Part shown: positions 1-7,631 of the stretch, one piece after another | Layout of the letters: each line of letters opens with the position of its first letter | How positions within the stretch are numbered: position 1 is the stretch's first letter | From: a virus | Taxonomy: Duplodnaviria; Caudoviricetes | Strand: one strand, 5' to 3' | Length of the DNA stretch: 33,159 bases | IMG/VR virus record: IMGVR_UViG_3300032320_000349 | Location: 1-33,159 of that record | Position numbers and translations under genes: made by a program | The notes under the pieces: model-generated | What the model was told of the DNA's origin: nothing | The model's input: the letters and a program-made list of their open reading frames with translations, nothing else | The model's database searches: none

Positions 1-1
1 C

Positions 2-205
2 TTCAAAGGAAAAATCTGGTCATCTGAAAAAGGTGACAGAGAATATACAGGTGCTAATAAGCACAACAAACACATACATATTTCCATCAAGGATACTTGT
101 GGAAACGACACATCACCATGGTTTCCATGGCTAGGTGAGCCGACTCTAATAAATAAAGTAAAGGCTAAGGTTCCTAAACCTTTACCTAAGAAGGAGAATA
201 AATGA
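2..205 (+). CDS. Endolysin C-terminal part (5'-truncated), probable Zn peptidase
   Basis: Frame 2 reads FKGKIWSSEKGDREYTGANKHNKHIHISIKD...PWFPWLG...KENK*. It has an HxxHxH motif and an ATGA overlap with the holin. Confidence 0.6.
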   Translation, partial: FKGKIWSSEKGDREYTGANKHNKHIHISIKDTCGNDTSPWFPWLGEPTLINKVKAKVPKPLPKKENK

Positions 206-408
206 AAAATCTATTCAACATCAGCAAGAAGGACATCGCAGCAATCAAGTCCTATCTTCGTGCTCTACTAGCAGCAGGTATCACTATGGGCATTGCTCTA
301 TTGACAGACCTACGTCCAGAGTACGCAGTACTAATCGGCGCATTGGCTGCTCCATTGGCTAAATGGGCAGATAAGAACGAAAAGGAATACGGAGTAGGCT
401 CCGAATAA
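202..408 (+). CDS. Holin-like membrane protein
   Basis: 68 aa with two hydrophobic segments (YLRALLAAGITMGIALL; YAVLIGALAAPLAKW) and a charged C-terminus. AAGGAG RBS; follows the lysin. Confidence 0.7.
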   Translation: MKNLFNISKKDIAAIKSYLRALLAAGITMGIALLTDLRPEYAVLIGALAAPLAKWADKNEKEYGVGSE

Positions 409-448
409 TACCGATTTAAGGGGTCTAGTCGCCCCGTAGACAGCAGAT

Positions 449-490
449 AACCCCCGTCCTGGTTTTCCCCATACCAGAGCGGGGGTTTTT
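449..490 (+). terminator. Intrinsic terminator between convergent arms
   Basis: AACCCCCG(449-456)...CGGGGGTT(480-487) stem with an inner CTGG/CCAG helix, followed by a T-tract. Confidence 0.8.
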
Positions 491-508
491 CTGTTTTCTA
501 GGTGGTTC

Positions 509-886
509 CTAGAAACCTTTTATTCCGTTTAGTATATCCTCAATCTTAATTAGATAGCCTTTAGATGGGTTAGGTGGGATGTTGCAGGCTATAGCCCTGC
601 CCCTAATAGTAACAATAGTCTTGAGAGTTTCAGTAGGTACCATCACTACTGCCCCTTCTAATACGAATGCCCAGTACTCAGCCTTTGTAGTTGATAGCCC
701 TGATGGGTACCACTCTTCTTTGTTGTGTGACCAGCAAACTGTTTCAATATAAACATTGCCAGTATCTTTCCATTTTAAATCTGTCTTGACTTCAATAGTT
801 TTTCCGCCAGTAAGAAGTTCCTTTACTAACTTCTCACCATCCTGACCAACCGATAGGTCTATATCAAAGTCAGATAGTTTACTCAT
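509..886 (-). CDS. PD-(D/E)XK restriction-fold protein
   Basis: Start refined to MSKLSD (ATGA overlap with the upstream gene). GxxGE...IEVKTD...TGNVYIE motif. Confidence 0.55.
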   Translation of the reverse strand: MSKLSDFDIDLSVGQDGEKLVKELLTGGKTIEVKTDLKWKDTGNVYIETVCWSHNKEEWYPSGLSTTKAEYWAFVLEGAVVMVPTETLKTIVTIRGRAIACNIPPNPSKGYLIKIEDILNGIKGF

Positions 887-1368
887 TCTATTGCCCCAAA
901 CTCCGTTACTGGTACACGCCAACCGTTTATACTCTCATCCCTATAAACAGGTATTGCGTACTTTAATGGAGCAATTGAACCATATACTTCTACTTGAGTA
1001 TAGTATTCCTCATCAAGAATTTTAGTTCCTACAATAATTTTATTTAAATCTTTATCCCAAAAGGGAATGGCATTACGGGTTCTTATTGTTCGAACTTCAG
1101 TTATACGCCCAACATCTGGTAAATCTTTTCTTCTTGGGTGTAGTTCATTTGGATACCAAGGTACTGACCAAGTTTCATTAAACAATTTTGCAGCAGCCCA
1201 CTCAGATATGTTAGCCCTAACATTGGCTAACAATTCATGTTCTAGTTTTCCAGCAGATTTACCTTGTGCATAATTAGGTTTGTCAATTGAACCAAATTTT
1301 GTAAGCCATCGTTCTGTTGCAAGCATGGTGCATACACGTACTTCTTCTTTACTTAGATTAACTATCAC
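883..1368 (-). CDS. Hypothetical protein, possible degenerate PD-(D/E)XK fold
   Basis: Probable GTG start at 1368 overlapping the WhiB stop (alternative start 1380). SEWAAAK...PDVG...EVRT pattern. Confidence 0.45.
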   Translation of the reverse strand: MIVNLSKEEVRVCTMLATERWLTKFGSIDKPNYAQGKSAGKLEHELLANVRANISEWAAAKLFNETWSVPWYPNELHPRRKDLPDVGRITEVRTIRTRNAIPFWDKDLNKIIVGTKILDEEYYTQVEVYGSIAPLKYAIPVYRDESINGWRVPVTEFGAIE

Positions 1369-1640
1369 GCTATATCCCATGCGCTATAGATAGGTTCTGA
1401 AACAATACCTAACTTCTTACGCAAGCGTTGCCTCTCTCTAGGTGTAGTACCTGCCCAGTATCCCATAACACTGTGCCGCAATGAATAGTCTAAACACTGA
1501 TTGCGTACTTCGCAACCTGCGCAAATCTTATGTAATAAATTTTTCTCTCTATATCCTGGCTCGTCATCCTCGTTAAACCATAACTCTGTGTCTGTTCCTG
1601 CACATGCTGGTGTTGATTCCCATCGAGGGTAGTCTGACAT
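1365..1640 (-). CDS. whiB: WhiB-family Fe-S transcription factor
   Basis: C...WF...CxxC-x5-C, GYWAG turn (variant of G[VI]WGG), then TTPRER and a basic tail. Confidence 0.92.
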   Translation of the reverse strand: MSDYPRWESTPACAGTDTELWFNEDDEPGYREKNLLHKICAGCEVRNQCLDYSLRHSVMGYWAGTTPRERQRLRKKLGIVSEPIYSAWDIA

Positions 1641-1802
1641 TTATCCTCCTGTTGAGTAAAAGCCTGAACCTTTAAATTGTATTGCTGGTGCAGACCATAT
1701 ACGCACCATTAAATTACCGCAAGTCCCACATGCTGGTGGTATTGGTTCGTTAATCTCAATTACTTCTGTGCAGCAATCACATTTAAAATCATATAGTGGC
1801 AT
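1641..1802 (-). CDS. FmdB-like Zn-ribbon protein
   Basis: MPLYDFKCDCC...CGTCG..M.RIWSAPAIQFKGSGFYST. TAATG coupling to the upstream gene. Confidence 0.85.
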   Translation of the reverse strand: MPLYDFKCDCCTEVIEINEPIPPACGTCGNLMVRIWSAPAIQFKGSGFYSTGG

Positions 1803-2029
1803 TATAGATTCAACTCCTTCTTTACTTCTTCCCATGGAATAGGTTGTTCTACTTTCCATTCACCTCTGGCTATTTTAATTGCCATCTCACAAGAGCATAC
1901 GGCTACTGCTACCTGAGAACAATCTAATTGCTGATGTGCTAGTTCTATATCTTTTGCAATCATTTCTCTGGCATCTGTATACCCATCAAGGTATGACTCT
2001 TGTTTTAATATCCGTAATGTCTTTTCCAT
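1802..2029 (-). CDS. Hypothetical protein
   Basis: 75-aa ORF that exactly fills the gap between tightly packed neighbours. Confidence 0.6.
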   Translation of the reverse strand: MEKTLRILKQESYLDGYTDAREMIAKDIELAHQQLDCSQVAVAVCSCEMAIKIARGEWKVEQPIPWEEVKKELNL

Positions 2030-2275
2030 TTACTCGCAGTCCTCTTCGTTTGTATCATCTGGATATGGAAGGCTTACCATAGAGCCACAACTTGCACACT
2101 CACCATCAAGAAAATAAAAACATATCTCTTTGTTTTCGTCAAATGCTACGAGTGCAATGAATACCTCACAGCCACAGACACAGGTGTTACCTAACTTTTG
2201 CCCCCGTAAATCCATAGACTTGCTATAGTCTTTTGGGTGTAGTAAATCCCTTATGTCCTTATCACTCTGAGTCAT
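2030..2275 (-). CDS. Small Cys-rich (Zn-binding) protein
   Basis: CVCG...ECASCGS motifs; start refined to MTQSDK. Confidence 0.6.
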   Translation of the reverse strand: MTQSDKDIRDLLHPKDYSKSMDLRGQKLGNTCVCGCEVFIALVAFDENKEICFYFLDGECASCGSMVSLPYPDDTNEEDCE

Positions 2276-2906
2276 CTGGCTTATCAATCTCTACTCTGTC
2301 TTCTTCTATAGAAGGACGATAGCCACCAAGATTTCTAATTAAAGAACTAATAGCACGCTGTACTTTCTTTCGTGCTCCTTCTGGAGTGGAACCAATCTCC
2401 TGCGCAATCACATCCCACTCGCAGTTCTCCATTGAAAACCTAACTTTTAAAATTTTTTGTTTAGCCTCTGCTAACTGATAGTATGCTGATGCTATATCTG
2501 ACCTAAGAACTAGCCAGTTATTACCATCTGTTGTCTCACCTTTACCAAACTTAAAGTTAAGGTCTTTAATTTTAGATGGAATCTCATATGATTCAGAGAT
2601 GATTGAAGGAAGAAATGCTTCTATAACTGTTGCGTCATAGTAATATAAATCAAGGAACTCATAGCCAACTACCTTTGCTTTTTCTTTTTCACAAAAAGTA
2701 ATCGCTGCATTTCTAAGCGACTTGGCTATAAGTTTATCTTTATCCTTTTGCTCAAGGTCTGACCACTCTTTGTATTTAGATGGATGAGTAACAAACCACA
2801 TCCAAAGTATCTGAGATATATCCTGTGTCTCTACCATAGGGTATTTTTTATGGTACTCGGAAGCAATGTTAGCAACAACAGACTCATACTCAGTTATATA
2901 ATCCAT
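2262..2906 (-). CDS. Phage sigma-70-like factor (regions 2 and 4)
   Basis: N-terminal region-2-like segment (DISQILWMWF...SLRNAA) and a C-terminal HTH (LAEAKQKILKVRF...WDVIAQEIGSTPEGARKKVQRAISSL). Confidence 0.75.
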   Translation of the reverse strand: MDYITEYESVVANIASEYHKKYPMVETQDISQILWMWFVTHPSKYKEWSDLEQKDKDKLIAKSLRNAAITFCEKEKAKVVGYEFLDLYYYDATVIEAFLPSIISESYEIPSKIKDLNFKFGKGETTDGNNWLVLRSDIASAYYQLAEAKQKILKVRFSMENCEWDVIAQEIGSTPEGARKKVQRAISSLIRNLGGYRPSIEEDRVEIDKPDDSE

Positions 2907-2907
2907 T

Positions 2908-3198
2908 TTATTCCTTGTTAGGAATGCCTTCCCACTGTCCGCGTTGTACCAATAGTCCGATTATTGCATAGTTAGCCAGGTCTACTAGGGTATCTTCTAC
3001 TGTTTCATAGTTGGGCGTGTCGCCCTTATCTACCAGATGATTCAGTCTGGCTAACTTGTCATGCATACGCACACGCAGCCCATTCATTGCCCCGCCTGGG
3101 GCATGGGCTATGTTTAACGGACCGTAGTCAGCATGCTTCTTAAATAGAATTGTTAGTAATTCATCTGTTATTTGTTCTGCGTCTGTATTATTTTTCAT
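2908..3198 (-). CDS. DUF1599/Nmad1-like (MazG-superfamily) nucleotide-modification-associated protein
   Basis: KKHADYG...RMHDKLARL...EDTLVDLANYAII signature. Confidence 0.75.
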   Translation of the reverse strand: MKNNTDAEQITDELLTILFKKHADYGPLNIAHAPGGAMNGLRVRMHDKLARLNHLVDKGDTPNYETVEDTLVDLANYAIIGLLVQRGQWEGIPNKE

Positions 3199-3484
3199 TG
3201 AGGATTCCCTTAACTCCACTGTCGAACTCGTGCATTGCACTGGCTACTATAACTTCATCTAATATTTCTTTGGCATTACCTTGTGTTGTAGATAAAATTA
3301 ATCCTGCAAGCATAGTCAGCATATCTGCTGCTACCTCTGGATTATCTAGAATCTTATCATGCACATCTCTCATTGCATTTAATACATCTAATGCTGTGTC
3401 ACCTACAATAGGCAACCCTACAATTTTAGGATTGTTTTTAATGTACTCCCAAATATCACTAGATACATTTTCTGATTCGCTCAT
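3188..3484 (-). CDS. Hypothetical acidic helical protein
   Basis: 98-aa ORF within the replication operon, overlapping both neighbours. Confidence 0.6.
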   Translation of the reverse strand: MSESENVSSDIWEYIKNNPKIVGLPIVGDTALDVLNAMRDVHDKILDNPEVAADMLTMLAGLILSTTQGNAKEILDEVIVASAMHEFDSGVKGILNEK

Positions 3485-4082
3485 TTATAAACTCCGCTCC
3501 TTGTTCTAACACAATGCTATTTACATCGTGACCTTCTGGCATCTGAATAATGTTTACATTACCCAACTCTCTACTTACCTTCTTACCAAACTCTAAGCCT
3601 GGTGCATCACCATCTGCAAGGATAATTACTGTTTCAAAATCATCTAGTATCTTTGCATAGTATGGCTTCCAATTGTTGGCACCTGGAATGCCAACTGCTG
3701 GATGTCCTGTCTTAGCAACTACAGTCATACAATCTATTTCACCTTCGGTGACACAGATATAATCATTGGCTGTTAGTACTGCTTGTGCATTGTACATACT
3801 CGTCTTTGCACCTGGCATACCCATATACTTAGGGTCTTCTCCGTGCATACTACGGAATCTAATATCTACTATTCCAGATGGTGTTACATATGGAATTGCA
3901 AGTCTACCTTTGTATTGTTCATGACCTGGAAGAGCGTCCTTGACTACTCCGAGATGAAACGGTTGCACTTCTGCGACCGATAAGCCGCGTGTTATTAGAT
4001 ACTCCGTTGCCATGTGTATGTTTTTTGTATACTCTTGTGTTGCCTGTAGGAGAAATTGCCTCTGCGAATTGGACAGCCTCAC
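3459..4082 (-). CDS. DNA primase, Toprim part
   Basis: YLITRG, RLAIP, KY, ICVTEGEID and DGDAPG motifs. AAGGAGGT lies 7 nt before the GTG. Confidence 0.9.
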   Translation of the reverse strand: MRLSNSQRQFLLQATQEYTKNIHMATEYLITRGLSVAEVQPFHLGVVKDALPGHEQYKGRLAIPYVTPSGIVDIRFRSMHGEDPKYMGMPGAKTSMYNAQAVLTANDYICVTEGEIDCMTVVAKTGHPAVGIPGANNWKPYYAKILDDFETVIILADGDAPGLEFGKKVSRELGNVNIIQMPEGHDVNSIVLEQGAEFINERIRKCI

Positions 4083-4296
4083 GATAGTTACCTCCTTCCT
4101 TATACATAATTAAATCGTACACATCTCCACTTACTCCACAACCATGACACTTAAATCGCTGGTCATCAAAATTAATACCAGCAGACGCATGTCCATCATC
4201 ATGGAACGGGCACTTTATCTTGCGCCAGCCGTGCCCAACTGATGGCAGGCTGGCTCCTAAATACTCTAGGTAAGCAGCAATACTGTGCTTATCCAT
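3919..4296 (-). CDS. DNA primase, CHC2 zinc-finger part
   Basis: CPFHDD..AS...FKCHGCGVSGDVYDL motif. Confidence 0.88.
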   Translation of the reverse strand: MDKHSIAAYLEYLGASLPSVGHGWRKIKCPFHDDGHASAGINFDDQRFKCHGCGVSGDVYDLIMYKEGGNYREAVQFAEAISPTGNTRVYKKHTHGNGVSNNTRLIGRRSATVSSRSSQGRSSRS

Positions 4297-4343
4297 AGCA
4301 ACAATCCTTGAATCTCTTGTTGTAATAATAAAAGGAGTTGCAT
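4266..4343 (-). CDS. Putative 25-aa hydrophobic peptide
   Basis: MQLLLLLQQEIQGLLLWISTVLLLT*. The ATG lies 1 nt after the resolvase stop. Absent from the ORF track. Confidence 0.4.
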   Translation of the reverse strand: MQLLLLLQQEIQGLLLWISTVLLLT

Positions 4344-4344
4344 T

Positions 4345-4689
4345 TCAATCCACATTCATTATCTCCTTTATTAGTTTAAGCCATACTGATGCAGGCATAG
4401 TGCAGTACCATTCATCTACATTTGATTTGCCTTTGCGTTTGTGTAGAACGGTACCTGTCCATGCACTGTCATTTTTCATTTCAACTTCTAATTCTTTTAC
4501 CCAAGCGCTGAGGTCTAAACGCACATGGTCTTTGACTTCAATTGTTACACCGTTGACTCCGCTGATATCACCTTTGTCTAACTGTGCACCTGCAATTCTG
4601 CGGTCTGCATACTGATAGCCGTTTGCTTTGAGCCACTTGACTACATCTGCTTCTGCTTTACTGCCTTTACGCTTGGCTGGATTACTCAC
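4345..4689 (-). CDS. Holliday junction resolvase-like PD-(D/E)XK nuclease
   Basis: KRKGSKAE...DKGDI...IEVKD motif, between helicase and primase. Confidence 0.75.
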   Translation of the reverse strand: MSNPAKRKGSKAEADVVKWLKANGYQYADRRIAGAQLDKGDISGVNGVTIEVKDHVRLDLSAWVKELEVEMKNDSAWTGTVLHKRKGKSNVDEWYCTMPASVWLKLIKEIMNVD

Positions 4690-5498
4690 ATCATACCTTC
4701 CTGAGCATATCTAATTGGAACATCATCTAAGTACATAGAATCTGGATTAAATGAAAGACTAACATAGTTACTACCTGTTTGGTCTGCACGCCCGTATCTA
4801 TTTTTAACTGGCGCCACACATAGATATGTGTCATCGCCTTGTTTCATCTGTCCAATTGTCAATACCATTGCTGGTATCTGATTGACTAATCCCTGAATCG
4901 CTGACCGTGGCTGGCACGGAAAGCCTTCAAAGCCTTCTTTAGTATGGTGTAATACTAATACTGCTGCATTAGTATCTCGTGCTAAATACTTTAGTTCTTT
5001 CATGGCTGCACGCATACCCTGAAATTCCTCATGTCCATCCATTGCTATATCCATTAAGTTGTCTACAACAATAAGGGTTGGACTTCTACCCCATACAGTT
5101 TCAAAGGCTGAGACTTCATCATCTAAGTCTTTAAGTGTAGGTGTAGATTCGAATGACCAGAATAAATGATTATTTAATTGTAATAATTCGTGTGCTTTAT
5201 CTGGGTCACGCTTGAGCAATTGTTCTGCTGCTGTCTGTGTCATGTGACCAGACATTGCAACTAAACGCATTGCCATTGTGTGTGCATTTGTATCTGCACT
5301 GAAGTAAAGCGTTGGGTGTTTTGTTCTGGCTGCAATTGCTAAAGCAACTGATGACTTACCTGCACCTGGGGTGCCTGCAATAACTGTCACCTCTGCTCTG
5401 CGTAATATAATTCCAGCCCGTTCAAAAGCCGCAAAAGCGGGTGGCAATGGTTCGCCACCCACTTCTGCTTTACTAATTGAGCGTCTTAAAGTTTTCAC
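4686..5498 (-). CDS. DnaB/RecA-like SF4 helicase (ATPase domain only)
   Basis: Walker A GTPGAGKS, Walker B LIVVD, LHH and C-terminal VKNRYG. Confidence 0.88.
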   Translation of the reverse strand: MKTLRRSISKAEVGGEPLPPAFAAFERAGIILRRAEVTVIAGTPGAGKSSVALAIAARTKHPTLYFSADTNAHTMAMRLVAMSGHMTQTAAEQLLKRDPDKAHELLQLNNHLFWSFESTPTLKDLDDEVSAFETVWGRSPTLIVVDNLMDIAMDGHEEFQGMRAAMKELKYLARDTNAAVLVLHHTKEGFEGFPCQPRSAIQGLVNQIPAMVLTIGQMKQGDDTYLCVAPVKNRYGRADQTGSNYVSLSFNPDSMYLDDVPIRYAQEGMM

Positions 5499-5944
5499 TT
5501 AACCTGCTCTGGCACGAAGGTATTCCACTCCATGTCTTTCATTTGAATGTATTGGTTCTTACACTTATCGAATGCACCCTTTGGTGCTGGGCAGAAGTAT
5601 CCCTTGTATGGTTTTCCATCCTTACCCATTCCTTGAATGGCTGTCATCTTTCCATGAGGACAATTGCGTCCGCCAACTGTTGGTTGTGCATACTCTTGTG
5701 CAGGAATTGTTGTTCCCGTTTCGATTACAGTTCCACCAAGAGATGCAGCAACTGATTGTGTTGTTACTGCTGGTGCTGATGCGCCACGAATAGCGCGTTC
5801 TAGTTCTGTTGTTGCAGATACAATTGCATCTAATGCATTTGCAACTGTGTGGTCTAGTTCTGTTCCATCTTCTGCACGGACTGTTACTAAACTACCTGCT
5901 GCTGTCTTAACTGTGATACTGATTGGTGCTTCTGAGTGTGGCAT
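5495..5944 (-). CDS. Phage protein with C-terminal Zn-binding module
   Basis: Start MPHSEAP; CPHG.M...GKPYKGYFCP...C; lies between exonuclease and helicase. Confidence 0.6.
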   Translation of the reverse strand: MPHSEAPISITVKTAAGSLVTVRAEDGTELDHTVANALDAIVSATTELERAIRGASAPAVTTQSVAASLGGTVIETGTTIPAQEYAQPTVGGRNCPHGKMTAIQGMGKDGKPYKGYFCPAPKGAFDKCKNQYIQMKDMEWNTFVPEQVK

Positions 5945-5951
5945 ATTTTTC

Positions 5952-6719
5952 CTATTCGAATGGAGTAGCAAGACCTTTCTGGTCTCGCCATTTTCTTACT
6001 TTCATTGCAAACTCTACACCTTTCCAGCCTTCTTTGATATCTACAAAGACTAACTTGCAGTTACCTGTTCCTGCTGGCAGATGTATGATGATTGCTTTTT
6101 CTTTATTGATATCGCCCCATGTTCCACGGGTTGCGGTATCAGGGAAATACGGCAACCCGTTGGCATAGATTGCCAACTGCATTGCAATGTTATGAGGATG
6201 GTCTATCCGACCTGTCTTCAAATCTGCAATGAACCGTTCTCCCTTGTACTCAACAACTCTATCTGGAGTCCCTGCTATCTTATACTTGTCTAAGACAGAG
6301 AACTGTTCGATGAATAGTTTGCTGAGAACACTAGTTACTTGACCATATGCTTGGATGTCTGGCATATATTGTTCTGGTACTGGACCTAACTCTTGTCCTA
6401 AATCTAATCGTTCTGTAAATGCATGGATAGCAGTACCAATATTGGCTGCTTTACTTGCACCTGCTACTTCCATTGCTTCTTCAATGTAACCATTGACTGC
6501 TAACTTATCGTCACCTGCTGCACTGATTGCTAATAATAAATCAGGGCGTGTTGTTAATCCCATTGCAGCCATTCGCATTTTCCATGCAACTAATGCAGAT
6601 GCATCATCAAGACTGTTGGCTATTGTTGTTGCACGTGTATATGCAACTGGTGTTTTACTTTTTGGTGGCACAACCATTGGTCTGCCGTATCTATCTCTAT
6701 CAATACTTACTGCTGTCAT
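5952..6719 (-). CDS. Cas4/RecB-like PD-(D/E)XK exonuclease
   Basis: GTAIH, IAGTPDR, IADLKTG and MQLAIYA motifs. Confidence 0.85.
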   Translation of the reverse strand: MTAVSIDRDRYGRPMVVPPKSKTPVAYTRATTIANSLDDASALVAWKMRMAAMGLTTRPDLLLAISAAGDDKLAVNGYIEEAMEVAGASKAANIGTAIHAFTERLDLGQELGPVPEQYMPDIQAYGQVTSVLSKLFIEQFSVLDKYKIAGTPDRVVEYKGERFIADLKTGRIDHPHNIAMQLAIYANGLPYFPDTATRGTWGDINKEKAIIIHLPAGTGNCKLVFVDIKEGWKGVEFAMKVRKWRDQKGLATPFE

Positions 6720-6740
6720 AGCATTCCTGTCTCCTGTTAG

Positions 6741-6787
6741 TGAAGCAGGCTAAGAATAAGGAGACCACAAAATCCTAGCCTGCTTCA
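6741..6787 (-). promoter_or_regulatory. 5'-leader hairpin with anti-Shine-Dalgarno loop
   Basis: Perfect 12-bp stem (6741-6752/6776-6787). The loop on the minus strand contains GGUCUCCUUAU. Confidence 0.55.
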
Positions 6788-6795
6788 GTGTTAAC

Positions 6796-6804
6796 AGTAT
6801 AGCA
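6796..6804 (-). promoter_or_regulatory. Extended -10 promoter (TGcTATACT) for the replication operon
   Basis: The minus strand reads TGC-TATACT. The predicted start (~6789) is at the base of the leader hairpin. Confidence 0.5.
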
Positions 6805-6930
6805 GACCCCTCAATGTCTGCACTGTTAGTGCCCCGTGTTCGCAAGTAGCGGGGCAACCCACTTAGGTGACTGTATAAATAGAAATCCAGAAAGATTTAT
6901 ACAGTTGCGAGCCTCTCCGTCCCGAGAGAA

Positions 6931-7356
6931 TTACTCCGCGATTATGTCACTTACTTCTACATCATCAACCCAGATTTCTCCATCAACTGATTGGAGTTCT
7001 ACATTGATATCATCACGAATCATATCTTCTACTTCGTCTTTGCTAGCAGCCTCAATGCCTGAGACATTGACATAAATACGCACTGTTGCAGACCAGGTAC
7101 GCTTAAGTTCATCTGCTCCAATAACACGGAGCATGTCATTAATTTCTTCAACAGATGTAGTAATTTCCTGGTCTCCAGGTGAGTACTGACTATTAAAGAA
7201 TTCATATACTGTTCCGCGTATGTCAATTACTTGACGACTAGATTGTTGACTGCGTTCTTTTGCAGTTGTACAATCTTGAATGAAACGCTGTACTTCTGTT
7301 TCTGTATATGTAATTACTTCATTTGTTTCTGGGTTTGTGATACTGATTGTATTCAC
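6931..7356 (-). CDS. Hypothetical acidic early protein
   Basis: GTG start with AAGGAGAC RBS and a GTGA overlap. Confidence 0.65.
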   Translation of the reverse strand: MNTISITNPETNEVITYTETEVQRFIQDCTTAKERSQQSSRQVIDIRGTVYEFFNSQYSPGDQEITTSVEEINDMLRVIGADELKRTWSATVRIYVNVSGIEAASKDEVEDMIRDDINVELQSVDGEIWVDDVEVSDIIAE

Positions 7357-7631
7357 TGTTCGTCTCCTTCTGAATATAGCCATGCTTCTAGGTGGTGTCC
7401 TTTCACTATGGCGTGGGCTGGCGCGGAACTCTGCCCACGCCACTCAACACCATGTGGTAGTTGAATTAGTTTATCATACTCTTCTTCATCGTACGCATAG
7501 ATGGCATCTATACATGGTTGTACCATGCTAAGTGGTACTGGTGGGTAATGATTACTAGTTAGATGGATAGCCATCTGTTGTTGGATATTGATTGTTGCTT
7601 CAGTTAAATCTCTTGCCATGTTGTATCCCAT
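7353..7631 (-). CDS. Hypothetical phage protein (HLTSNHYPP motif)
   Basis: Coupled to both neighbours; His-rich motifs HLxxNHYPP and HHLEAW. Confidence 0.65.
   Translation of the reverse strand: MGYNMARDLTEATINIQQQMAIHLTSNHYPPVPLSMVQPCIDAIYAYDEEEYDKLIQLPHGVEWRGQSSAPAHAIVKGHHLEAWLYSEGDEQ

Noticed and set aside
1641-1660. C-terminal GG of the FmdB-like protein as a Pup/ubiquitin-like tag for the Ntn protease
   Set aside because: GSGFYST-x is the normal family ending, Pup ends in GGE/Q, and no ligase is present.
5952-6719. Cas4-like gene as evidence of a CRISPR system
   Set aside because: Stand-alone phage exonuclease without the Fe-S cysteines; no array or other cas genes.
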